Below the pieces are notes generated by a model. It had not been told where the DNA came from. It ran no database searches and saw only the letters and a program-made list of their open reading frames with translations. Position numbers and translations under genes: made by a program. From positions 1-52,970 of the forward strand of contig DAOUHT010000116.1 in assembly GCA_034428375.1 (NCBI GenBank): a DNA stretch of 52,970 nucleotides, read 5' to 3'. Origin of the DNA: Dehalococcoidia bacterium. GTDB lineage: Bacteria > Chloroflexota > Dehalococcoidia > Lucifugimonadales > Australimonadaceae. Below are positions 44,933-52,970 of the stretch, one piece after another. Position 1 is the first letter of the stretch. Each line of letters begins with the position of its first letter.

Positions 44933-45667
44933 GTGAACGACAACAAGGTTGCCATAGTCACCGGAGGCGGGTACGGCATCGGCCGGGGAATCTCACTGGC
45001 GCTGGCGAATTCCGGCTGGACACCTGTCGTCTATGAGCTGAACGAAGAGCGGGCCCAGCGGACCCGGGAACTGGTGATGGAAACGGGCGGCCGCTGCGAG
45101 GTACTCCAGGGCGATGTCACCGACTGGGAACGCGTCCAGGAATGTGTTGCGTACGTGATGGATGAGTTCGGTCGGATCGACGGCCTCGTCAACAATGCAG
45201 GGGCCCGGTACGCAGGCTCGGTGCTAGACGTCACCGAGGAACAGTGGGACTTCACTGTGAACATCGTGCTGAAGGGGCCGTTCCTTATGTGCAAGGCTGT
45301 GATCCCCCACATGATCGGCGCCGGGGGAGGATCGATCGTCAATATCTCGTCAGGCGACTCTTACGGGAGGAAGGGAATGATTGCATACGCCGCCGCGAAG
45401 GGCGGGATCAACACCCTCACCTTGTGCCTGGCAGCGGACCACCTGGAGCACCACATCAGGGTCAACGCGGTGCTCCCGGGCTTCACCGTCACGGGCATGA
45501 CCGAACACTACCCGCCCGAGCGCCTGGCAGCGTCGGGAGCGCGCTTGGTGGCGGCCCGGCCCGGGCAGCCCGAGGACGTGGCCAACATGGTGGAGTTCCT
45601 CATGTCAGACAAGGCTGAAACCATCACGGGAGCGATCTTCGGGGGTCTCCCGTTGGCGAACCGTTAG
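44933..45667 (+). CDS. Short-chain dehydrogenase/reductase
   Basis: TGGGYGIG, NNAG, NISS, YAAAK, RVNAVLPG; the likely start is GTG 44933. Confidence 0.93.
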   Translation: MNDNKVAIVTGGGYGIGRGISLALANSGWTPVVYELNEERAQRTRELVMETGGRCEVLQGDVTDWERVQECVAYVMDEFGRIDGLVNNAGARYAGSVLDVTEEQWDFTVNIVLKGPFLMCKAVIPHMIGAGGGSIVNISSGDSYGRKGMIAYAAAKGGINTLTLCLAADHLEHHIRVNAVLPGFTVTGMTEHYPPERLAASGARLVAARPGQPEDVANMVEFLMSDKAETITGAIFGGLPLANR

Positions 45668-45761
45668 GCTGAGTCCCTGCACAGACCGTCTCGCTGCCTA
45701 CGAGGGCAGATGGAACCGCCCAGCTAGCGGTGACCTGTTTGGTGCTACGCAAGCCCCATAG

Positions 45762-47234
45762 ATGAGCGATTGGGCAAGATACATGCGCGCGAGGCTCAAA
45801 TTCACGCCACGGAGCAGAGCGCTCATCCTGCTGATGATGTTTCAGTCCGCGATGCACCTCGGCACGACGGCCGGGTTGAACGTGGCGCTGCCCCAGATGG
45901 TCGAGGACTTTAGTGCGGACGTGGGGATCGTGGTTTGGGTGCAAGTGGCATACGGGGTCGGCCTCATGGGAATGGCCTTGCCCCTGGGCCTGTTGATCTC
46001 TCACTTCGAGCCTCGGCGCGTCATTGTATTCAGCCAGGTGTTCGAACTGGTGGTCTGCCTGGCGATAGCGCTGATGCCGAACGTCTATGGCGTGATCGTG
46101 CTGCGGGTGCTCCAAGCCTCGGTCCGCTCCCTGCCGTGGCTGAGCCTCCAGATGCTCAGCATCGGCCAGTTTCCGCCGGAGCAACGAGGCCGCATCCTCG
46201 CCGTGACCACCTTCGCCGTGGGCGCATCGATGCTGGTGTCGCCGCCGTTGGTCGGTCTCGTCACCGATCGTTGGGACTGGCGCTGGGTGTTTGTCGGAAC
46301 GGGCCTGGTGATGGGGCTGATCGGTGTGCTCGCTGCTTCATGGCTCAAACCGTCGGGAGTGGAGCGCCCTCCGATACGAGAACGGCTGGCAGGTTTCGAC
46401 CTATTGGGCAGTCTCTTGCTGATGGCCGGAGCGGTCGGCCTTATCGTTGCCCTCCAGCTAATGATCCGCGTGTCGTTGGGCCTTGGCCTAGGTATCGCAG
46501 CGCTGGCGCTGGTGACGCTAGCCGGCTCCATGCGCGTAGAGATGCGTCACCCTGACCCGGTGATCCCCCTCCGGCTCTTTCGCATCCCGGGTGTTTTCCT
46601 GGGCGCCAGCCAGGCGGTTATGATGGGTTGGGTAACCGGCGCGTTCTTGTTGATCCTCCCGTTCCTCTTCATCAACGGGTACGGATGGTCGGCGGCTTAC
46701 GCCGGGAGCATCCTCTTCTTCGTCAGCGCCGCGAGGCCGCCAGGCAGCTTTGCGTCCGGGTGGCTGTCGGACCGGCTGGGGAGCGCCGCGATCGTCATCC
46801 CTGCCGCGGCGTGCATCGTCGCGGCCCAACTGTTCATCGCAACGCTTGGGCTCGCGCCCTTGCTCGTGTTTATCATCGTCGGCGTGCTGATCGTCGGTTT
46901 CGCGCAGGCGATAGGTCAGACGGCCAACCTGAGACAGATGTACGCGTCCGTGCCGCAGGAGACGCTCCGGCTCGCTCCCGGGTTGAACGTCGTCTTGATG
47001 TCCCTGGGCAACACCACCGCCCAGGCGGTCGTTGCATCCACCATCGCCGCAGCGACAATCAGCGTGGGTGGTGGAGGCAGCCCGGATCTCGTGAGCGCCG
47101 CGTCGCAGGCCATAGTCATGACAACGGCCGTGTACGGATTCGGGATGGTGGCGAGCCAATTGTGGCCGAGGTTCGCCATGAGGCGAGGCCCAATGGCCGA
47201 AGAGGTAAGTGAGAAGCCAGGCCGCTCCGATTGA
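45762..47234 (+). CDS. MFS transporter (DHA2/EmrB-like)
   Basis: LNVALPQM, WRWVF, FDLLG, PVIPLRLF, GWLSDRLG; about 14 hydrophobic segments. Confidence 0.88.
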   Translation: MSDWARYMRARLKFTPRSRALILLMMFQSAMHLGTTAGLNVALPQMVEDFSADVGIVVWVQVAYGVGLMGMALPLGLLISHFEPRRVIVFSQVFELVVCLAIALMPNVYGVIVLRVLQASVRSLPWLSLQMLSIGQFPPEQRGRILAVTTFAVGASMLVSPPLVGLVTDRWDWRWVFVGTGLVMGLIGVLAASWLKPSGVERPPIRERLAGFDLLGSLLLMAGAVGLIVALQLMIRVSLGLGLGIAALALVTLAGSMRVEMRHPDPVIPLRLFRIPGVFLGASQAVMMGWVTGAFLLILPFLFINGYGWSAAYAGSILFFVSAARPPGSFASGWLSDRLGSAAIVIPAAACIVAAQLFIATLGLAPLLVFIIVGVLIVGFAQAIGQTANLRQMYASVPQETLRLAPGLNVVLMSLGNTTAQAVVASTIAAATISVGGGGSPDLVSAASQAIVMTTAVYGFGMVASQLWPRFAMRRGPMAEEVSEKPGRSD

Positions 47235-47292
47235 GCGAGCCTGTGTTGAGCAGTATGATGCGGACAGCAACAGAGCAGGTTGGGAGGGCATC

Positions 47293-48252
47293 ATGGCACG
47301 TCTAACGGCAGGTATGGCATCTTCCCACGCATTTGCGCTGCGAGACCCGCAGGACTGGGACGAAGGTCGGACGATGAACAGGAAGGGTTACGAACGCAAG
47401 TACGGCACTCTCCCACCCGAACATCCGAAGACCGCCGCTGAGACAGACTCGGACGTGCAACTGCGCTATACCGACATCTCCAGCGCTCTGGACACCTTGG
47501 GGGCAGAGATTGCCCGCCAGTCCCCCGACGTTCTGATCGTCGTAGGCGACGACCAGAACGAACTGTTCTTCGATCAGTCCCCCCAGCTTGCTATCTACAA
47601 GGGAGGGCCTTTCGTCGTGCCACCTCGTGACGAACAGACGGAGGAGATCACCTACAAGGGAGCGCCGGAGCTGGCCAGCGCCATACTCAACGAAGCGGTT
47701 GAGTCTGGCATTGACCTCGCGTTCGTCAACAAGTTCCCACGCGACCTGCTGGTCTCACATGCGTTCGGCCCCGTGCTGTTCAGGATCGCTACGCCGTCGG
47801 TTCAGGTGATCCCGATATTCGTGAACGCCGTGAACCACCCCGGACCTTCGCCGAGCCGGTGTATCAAGTTGGGCGAGGCGGTTCGGCGCGCTGTTGACAA
47901 CTTCCCCGGCGACCAGCGCGTAGTGATCTGCGGCAGTGGCGGGCTCTCGCACTTCACTGCGGGATACCCTTACAGCGCAGGGGACTTCCAGTACAACGCG
48001 ATCGACATCGACTTCGACCTCAGGAACGTTGAGCTCATGCGGGAAGGCCGCACCGAGGAGTTCGAGCAGTTGACCATCCGGGACCTGCTCGATACCGGGA
48101 ATATCGAGTTCCGGTCCTGGCTGGTGATGCTTGGCGCCATAGGGCCGGTGAAGCCCGACTTCATCGTGTACCAGCCCTTCCACCGCGGTCTTATGGGCAT
48201 GGGGGTGGGCTTGTGGCGCATGGAGCAGCGCGAGGCGGCGTTAGCCGAGTAA
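47293..48252 (+). CDS. Second class III extradiol dioxygenase (LigB superfamily, DesZ-like)
   Basis: GMASSHA, GDDQNE, SHAFG, RCIKLG, GSGGLSHF, GNIEFRSW, GMGVGLW; SD GGAGG. Confidence 0.85.
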   Translation: MARLTAGMASSHAFALRDPQDWDEGRTMNRKGYERKYGTLPPEHPKTAAETDSDVQLRYTDISSALDTLGAEIARQSPDVLIVVGDDQNELFFDQSPQLAIYKGGPFVVPPRDEQTEEITYKGAPELASAILNEAVESGIDLAFVNKFPRDLLVSHAFGPVLFRIATPSVQVIPIFVNAVNHPGPSPSRCIKLGEAVRRAVDNFPGDQRVVICGSGGLSHFTAGYPYSAGDFQYNAIDIDFDLRNVELMREGRTEEFEQLTIRDLLDTGNIEFRSWLVMLGAIGPVKPDFIVYQPFHRGLMGMGVGLWRMEQREAALAE

Positions 48253-48323
48253 CGATACTCACGACTCAGGATAGGGCCTGCTACACCAATAGCACCGGAC
48301 ATCGACGTCGAACAAGCCCTAGA

Positions 48324-48380
48324 TGCGTTATGATGGTCACAGTTGGCTGCATTCACGACGATGTCTAACTATGTTTAGAC
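48324..48380 (+). promoter_or_regulatory. -10 box and palindromic operator upstream of Rieske alpha 1
   Basis: TATGAT at 48329-48334; GTCTAA-N6-TTAGAC at 48363-48380. Confidence 0.45.
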
Positions 48381-48393
48381 GCGGGGAGGCCCA

Positions 48394-49713
48394 ATGACTA
48401 CATTTCTCCCAGACGCGCAAGACCTGGTGGATTTGGATCAGGGTCTCGTCAGCCGAAGGATCTTCTCCGACCCGGAGATCTACCAGTTGGAGCTGGAGCA
48501 GATCTTCGCCCGCTGCTGGCTCTACCTCGGCCACGAGTCTCAACTGCCTGACCCCGGCGATTACATCAACGTCTTCATGGGCGAGGAGCCCGTGCTCGTC
48601 GTCCGCAACCGCCAGGGCAAGATCAATGCCTTCATCAACAGTTGCCGCCACCGCGGCAACCGTGTCTGCCGGGCGGACGCTGGTAACACGGCCTCCTTCC
48701 TGTGCACGTATCACGGCTGGACGTACGACCTGGACGGGAAGCTGATCGGTGTACCCGGGCACCAGGAGCTGTACCACGGCGAGCTTAACCGTGCGTCGTG
48801 GGGGTTGGCGCAGGTTGCGCAGGTTGCCAGCTACGGAGGGTTGATCTTTGGCACGTTTGACCCGGACGCGCCGTCGCTGGACGAGTACCTTGGCGACATG
48901 CGATGGGGCCTCGATCTACTGGTGGGCCAGGGCGACATGGTGGCCGTGCCCGGCGTTATCCGTTGGCAGATGAACGTCAATTGGAAGTTCGCAGCCGACA
49001 ACGCAATCGGCGACAACTATCACGGCATCACCCACATATCCTCGCAGATCGCCGGACACTCCAGCGCGGAGGGGACCCGCAAAGGAGCCGGTGTGCACAA
49101 GGCAGGCGAACGGACCGGCTTCTCCGTAGTTACGGAGTACGGCCACGGCTTCAATGCCGACTACATCAACGAAAACACCTTTAGCTGGGACTCCCCTGGC
49201 GCCTACTGGCGTAAGAACCCGGAGATCCAGAAATTCATGGGCCCTCTCAGGAATCGGGTCAACCGGACGAACCAGAACGTGTTCCCGAACCTGTTTGTCA
49301 ACTCAGGCTCACGGGAGTTGATGCTCCGCAATCCGCTGGGGCCTACGAAGATGGAGATATGGAAGACCATGTTGATTGACCGCAATGGGCCCGTGGACTC
49401 ACGCCGCCTGATGATGCGAGGAGCAAATCGGCACTTCGGTCCTGCTGGCATGTTTGAGCAGGACGATGGCGAGAACTGGGACCAGAGCACCTACGGGACG
49501 CGCGGTTTCGTCTCCCGGCAGTACGACCTCAACTACAGCATGGCCATCGGTCACGGCGATCTGATCGTCGATGAGCTAGGCCCCCCACGCATTGAGTCCC
49601 TCTCGAATGAACACTGCCAGCTGTGGCATTACCGGTGCTGGGCCGAGTACATGGCTGCGCCCAGTTGGAAAGATCTGATGGCCAACCACTCCAAGCCGGT
49701 TGGCGTCCTGTAG
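48394..49713 (+). CDS. Rieske aromatic ring-hydroxylating oxygenase alpha subunit 1 (BphA1/HcaE-like)
   Basis: CRHRG...CTYHGW Rieske ligands; NWKFAADN...DNYHGITH; FEQDDGENW. Confidence 0.95.
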   Translation: MTTFLPDAQDLVDLDQGLVSRRIFSDPEIYQLELEQIFARCWLYLGHESQLPDPGDYINVFMGEEPVLVVRNRQGKINAFINSCRHRGNRVCRADAGNTASFLCTYHGWTYDLDGKLIGVPGHQELYHGELNRASWGLAQVAQVASYGGLIFGTFDPDAPSLDEYLGDMRWGLDLLVGQGDMVAVPGVIRWQMNVNWKFAADNAIGDNYHGITHISSQIAGHSSAEGTRKGAGVHKAGERTGFSVVTEYGHGFNADYINENTFSWDSPGAYWRKNPEIQKFMGPLRNRVNRTNQNVFPNLFVNSGSRELMLRNPLGPTKMEIWKTMLIDRNGPVDSRRLMMRGANRHFGPAGMFEQDDGENWDQSTYGTRGFVSRQYDLNYSMAIGHGDLIVDELGPPRIESLSNEHCQLWHYRCWAEYMAAPSWKDLMANHSKPVGVL

Positions 49714-49730
49714 ACGGGAAGGAGACCGGT

Positions 49731-51056
49731 ATGACTACGTTAGAAGATGGCCGAACGATAGCGAAGCTCGTCGACCATGAGCAAGGACTCGTCAGCCGCA
49801 GGATCTTCTCCGACCCGGACGTCTATCAGTTGGAGTTGGAGCAGATCTTCGCCCGCTGCTGGCTCTACCTCGGCCACGAGTCCCAACTCCCCAACCCCGG
49901 CGACTACATCAACGTCTTCATGGGCGAGGAGCCCGTGCTCGTCGTCCGCAACCGCCAGGGCAAGCTCAACGCCTTCATCAACAGCTGCCGCCACCGCGGC
50001 AACCGCGTCTGCAGGGCGGACGCGGGGAACACCGCCTCCTTCCTGTGCACGTACCACGGCTGGACGTACGACCTGGACGGGAAGCTGATCGGTGTGCCAG
50101 GACACCAGGAGCTTTACCACGGCGAGTTGAACCGTGGACAGTGGGGCCTGCCCCAGGTTGCGCAGGTGGCTAGCTACAAGGGGCTTATCTTCGGGACGTT
50201 CGACCCGGACGCACCGTCGCTGGACGAGTACCTCGGTGGGATGCGGTGGTGGCTGGATGTCCTCCTGGAGCAGGGCGACATGGTGGCGGTGCCCGGCGTT
50301 GTCCGCTGGCAGATGAACGTCAACTGGAAGTTCGCGGCAGACAACTCCTACGACAACTACCACGGCATGACCCACATCTCCTCGATAATCGCCGGCCACA
50401 AGGGTGCCGCAGGGACGACGGGGCGCGAACGCTTGGCGGTCTCCGGCGACCAGACCAAGGGCATCAGCGTCGTCACGGAGTACGGCCACGGCTTCAACGC
50501 ACCCTACATCGTTGACGAAACCTTCGACTGGGACGTCCCGACTAACTACTGGCGAAAGGACCCAGAGGTGCAGAGGCGCCTGGGGCCCGAGCGCATCCGA
50601 CTGGCCCGCGGCAACGGGAGCGTATTCCCCAACCTGTTCGTCAACCCGGGCTCTCGTGAGTTGATGATCCGGCAACCGCTCGGTCCGGGCAGGATGGAGA
50701 TATGGAAGACCACGCTCGTGGACAGGAACGCTCCTCCGGACGCGAGGAAGATGTTCCGCTACGGTTCCAACCGCCACTTCGGGCCCGCTGGCATGTTCGA
50801 GCAGGACGACGGCGAGAACTGGGACCTGAGCACGTACGGATCGCGCTCGCCCGTAGCTAGGAGGAACGAACTCAACTACTCGATGGGGCTTGGCCACGGC
50901 CATATCGTGGAGGACGAGTCGGGGCCCCCTCGCATCGAGAACGTTCGGAACGAGCATGGCCAACTGTGGCACTACCGTTGCTGGGCGGAGTACATGGCTG
51001 CACCGGACTGGAGATACCTCCGCGAGCACCATTCAACACCCAAAGGCACGCTGTAG
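49731..51056 (+). CDS. Rieske aromatic ring-hydroxylating oxygenase alpha subunit 2
   Basis: Same motifs (DNYHGMTH; FEQDDGENW); SD AAGGAG before ATG 49731. Confidence 0.95.
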   Translation: MTTLEDGRTIAKLVDHEQGLVSRRIFSDPDVYQLELEQIFARCWLYLGHESQLPNPGDYINVFMGEEPVLVVRNRQGKLNAFINSCRHRGNRVCRADAGNTASFLCTYHGWTYDLDGKLIGVPGHQELYHGELNRGQWGLPQVAQVASYKGLIFGTFDPDAPSLDEYLGGMRWWLDVLLEQGDMVAVPGVVRWQMNVNWKFAADNSYDNYHGMTHISSIIAGHKGAAGTTGRERLAVSGDQTKGISVVTEYGHGFNAPYIVDETFDWDVPTNYWRKDPEVQRRLGPERIRLARGNGSVFPNLFVNPGSRELMIRQPLGPGRMEIWKTTLVDRNAPPDARKMFRYGSNRHFGPAGMFEQDDGENWDLSTYGSRSPVARRNELNYSMGLGHGHIVEDESGPPRIENVRNEHGQLWHYRCWAEYMAAPDWRYLREHHSTPKGTL

Positions 51057-51187
51057 CCTGCAATAGAGCCTCGTGGCACGCGAGTTCGTCCGGGGGCTTC
51101 CAAACTGTCAGGGTCCGGCCATGCCATGGTCGGAGGAACTTCGTTCGGTCCGCAGAACCAGCAGTCCCAGCCGAAGGTGGACTCCGA

Positions 51188-52414
51188 ATGCAGCGAAGTG
51201 AGGACCGCATACTGACCACCCATGTCGGGAGCCTGATCCGCACGCCCGAGATAATCCAGGCCATGGAAGCGTTAGACCAGGGCAGGCCATACGACACGAA
51301 GACATATCACGACGACCTGCGCCAGGGAGTAGCAGACGTGGTGCGGAGGCAGGCGGAGGCGGGGATCGACGTCGTGAGCGACGGCGAGTACGGCAAGCGC
51401 GGATGGAGCCAGTACGTCATTGAACGTTTCACCGGGCTGGAGCCGGAACAACGCGAAGAGTCACGTACGTTCATGGACCGCGGCCCACGGGAGGGTCGGT
51501 TCGTGGACTTCTGGAGCCGCTATCGCAAGCTTGAAACGGTGGTCTGGCTGCCGGAGCCTGCCTTCGGCAACGCCGTCAAGGCAGGCAAGCTCGGTTCAGG
51601 CCTCACGCAGACGGCCTGGGTGTGCACGGGCCCAGTGACGTATCGCGGTCACGATGCGGTCGCGAGAGATATCCAGAACTTCAAGGCGGCGCTGGGGACA
51701 GTGGAGGTCGTGGAGGCGTTCATGCCCGTCGTGGCGCCATGCAGCGCCGAGGTTACGCGCGAGAACCGTTACTACGACTCCGAGGAGGACTACCTCTCCG
51801 CTGTCGCTGCAGCCCTCAGCGAAGAGTACCACACGATCGTTGACGCGGGCCTGCTGCTCCAGGTAGACGACGCGCACTTGCCGATGCGGTTCAGTGCGAT
51901 GGCTGCCCAGGGGCGGTCCGACGAATGGGAGCGTTGGGCCGCGCTACGGGTCGACGCGCTCAACGCGGCGCTGGAGGGCATACCCCCAGACCTGGTCCGC
52001 TACCACATCTGCTGGGGCAGCCAAAATGCACCGCACCTGGATGACGCTCCCCTCCGAGCTGTCATGGACCAGGTGTTGCGGGTCAATGCGGATGCCTTCG
52101 TCATCGAATCGGCGAACCCGCGCCACGAGCACGAGTGGGCGGTCTGGAAGGACGTGCAACTCCCCCGGGGCAAGACGTTGGTCGCGGGAGTTGTGAGCCA
52201 TGCAACCAACATCGTCGAGCATCCGGAACTCATCGCTTTGAGGATCAAGAACTTCGCTCACGCACTCGGCAGGGAGAACGTCATGGCGGGGACCGACTGC
52301 GGCTTCTCGCAGAACTGGAACCTCATCAGGGTGCACCCCTCCGTGCAGTGGGCCAAGCTGGAGTCGCTGGCTCAGGGGGCGGAGCTTGCGTCCAAAGAAC
52401 TGTGGGGCAGATAG
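51188..52414 (+). CDS. Cobalamin-independent methionine synthase II-like (MetE C-terminal domain only) Zn-thiol alkyltransferase
   Basis: ILTTHVGSL, DVVSDGE, LLQVDD, HICWG (HxC), ANPRH, GTDCGF Zn ligands; single barrel with no MetE N-terminal half. Confidence 0.85.
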   Translation: MQRSEDRILTTHVGSLIRTPEIIQAMEALDQGRPYDTKTYHDDLRQGVADVVRRQAEAGIDVVSDGEYGKRGWSQYVIERFTGLEPEQREESRTFMDRGPREGRFVDFWSRYRKLETVVWLPEPAFGNAVKAGKLGSGLTQTAWVCTGPVTYRGHDAVARDIQNFKAALGTVEVVEAFMPVVAPCSAEVTRENRYYDSEEDYLSAVAAALSEEYHTIVDAGLLLQVDDAHLPMRFSAMAAQGRSDEWERWAALRVDALNAALEGIPPDLVRYHICWGSQNAPHLDDAPLRAVMDQVLRVNADAFVIESANPRHEHEWAVWKDVQLPRGKTLVAGVVSHATNIVEHPELIALRIKNFAHALGRENVMAGTDCGFSQNWNLIRVHPSVQWAKLESLAQGAELASKELWGR

Positions 52415-52447
52415 TGGGTTAGCACCATCCCGACGTGGCCCGCCGTT

Positions 52448-52470
52448 TGCGCTATGATGGGCTTGGTTGG
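52448..52470 (+). promoter_or_regulatory. -10 region upstream of Rieske alpha 3, resembling that of alpha 1
   Basis: TGCGCTATGATGG-N5-GTTGG against TGCGTTATGATGG-N5-GTTGG at 48324. Confidence 0.4.
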
Positions 52471-52598
52471 TCTGGAAGGTAGCGGAGGTCCGATAGCGAC
52501 ATTATTCCAAGCCGCGTGACACACGGCCACGCCTGATCAGCCGTATCGAGGTACGAGAGCGGGACGGTCCTCTGAAGCACCTAAGCGGAGGGGCAGCG

Positions 52599-52970
52599 AT
52601 GACAACGACTGACCTGGACCAGACGGGAGAATCCGCCGTACTGGTGAATGTGGAGCAAGGACTCGTCAGCAGGAAGATCTTCTCCGACCCTGACGTCTAC
52701 CTGCTGGAGTTGGAGCAGATCTTCGCCCGCTGCTGGCTCTACCTCGGCCACGAGTCCCAACTCCCCAACCCCGGCGACTATATCAACGTGTTCATGGGCG
52801 AGGAGCCTGTGCTCGTCGTCCGCAACCGCCAGGGCAAGCTCAACGCCTTCATCAACAGCTGCCGCCACCGCGGCAATCGCGTCTGCAGGGCGGACGCCGG
52901 CAACACAGCCTCTTTCCTGTGCACGTACCACGGCTGGACGTACGACATTGACGGGAAGCTGATCGGCGTG
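52599..52970 (+). CDS. Rieske oxygenase alpha subunit 3 (partial; runs off the window; absent from the ORF track)
   Basis: SD GGAGG; MTTTDLDQ...EQGLVSRKIFSDPDVY...CRHRGNRVC...CTYHGWTYDIDGKLIGV open to the end of the window. Confidence 0.93.
   Translation, partial: MTTTDLDQTGESAVLVNVEQGLVSRKIFSDPDVYLLELEQIFARCWLYLGHESQLPNPGDYINVFMGEEPVLVVRNRQGKLNAFINSCRHRGNRVCRADAGNTASFLCTYHGWTYDIDGKLIGV

Noticed and set aside
43960-48252. His-to-Gln change in the LigB-like proteins as a sign of inactivity
   Set aside because: Both divergent paralogs share it, and it matches the DesZ-type subfamily pattern as I recall it.

Overview
High-GC bacterial chromosome segment. Gene content and motifs suggest Chloroflexota, probably Dehalococcoidia/SAR202-like; this is an inference and no search was run. 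Bases 1-31,070 are mostly housekeeping: infC-rpmI-rplT, pheT-moeA, glyA, rpsF-ssb-rpsR, hom-thrC-folE, tilS, tsaD and purF. That part also holds several oddities: three exported thioredoxin-fold lipoproteins, one with an in-frame UGA at the catalytic Cys and a SECIS-like hairpin (candidate selenoprotein); MshA-, MshD- and PIG-L-like genes in a non-actinobacterium; an archaeal-type IMP cyclohydrolase (PurO); an intact but motif-less NAPRTase-fold protein; a His-rich MoeA; and a collagen-like lipoprotein. From about 31,100 to the end lies a >21 kb aromatic-catabolism cluster: a double isochorismatase, two internally duplicated ABM-fold proteins, a LigJ-like amidohydrolase, an HpaB-family monooxygenase, two meta-cleavage-type hydrolases, an ABC importer, two DesZ/LigB-like ring-cleavage dioxygenases, an SDR, an MFS transporter, a MetE-like Zn-thiol transferase, and at least three Rieske oxygenase alpha subunits with no beta subunit, ferredoxin or reductase in view. 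I found no rRNA, tRNA, CRISPR array, transposase or integrase. All family calls come from recognised motifs, not from database searches.
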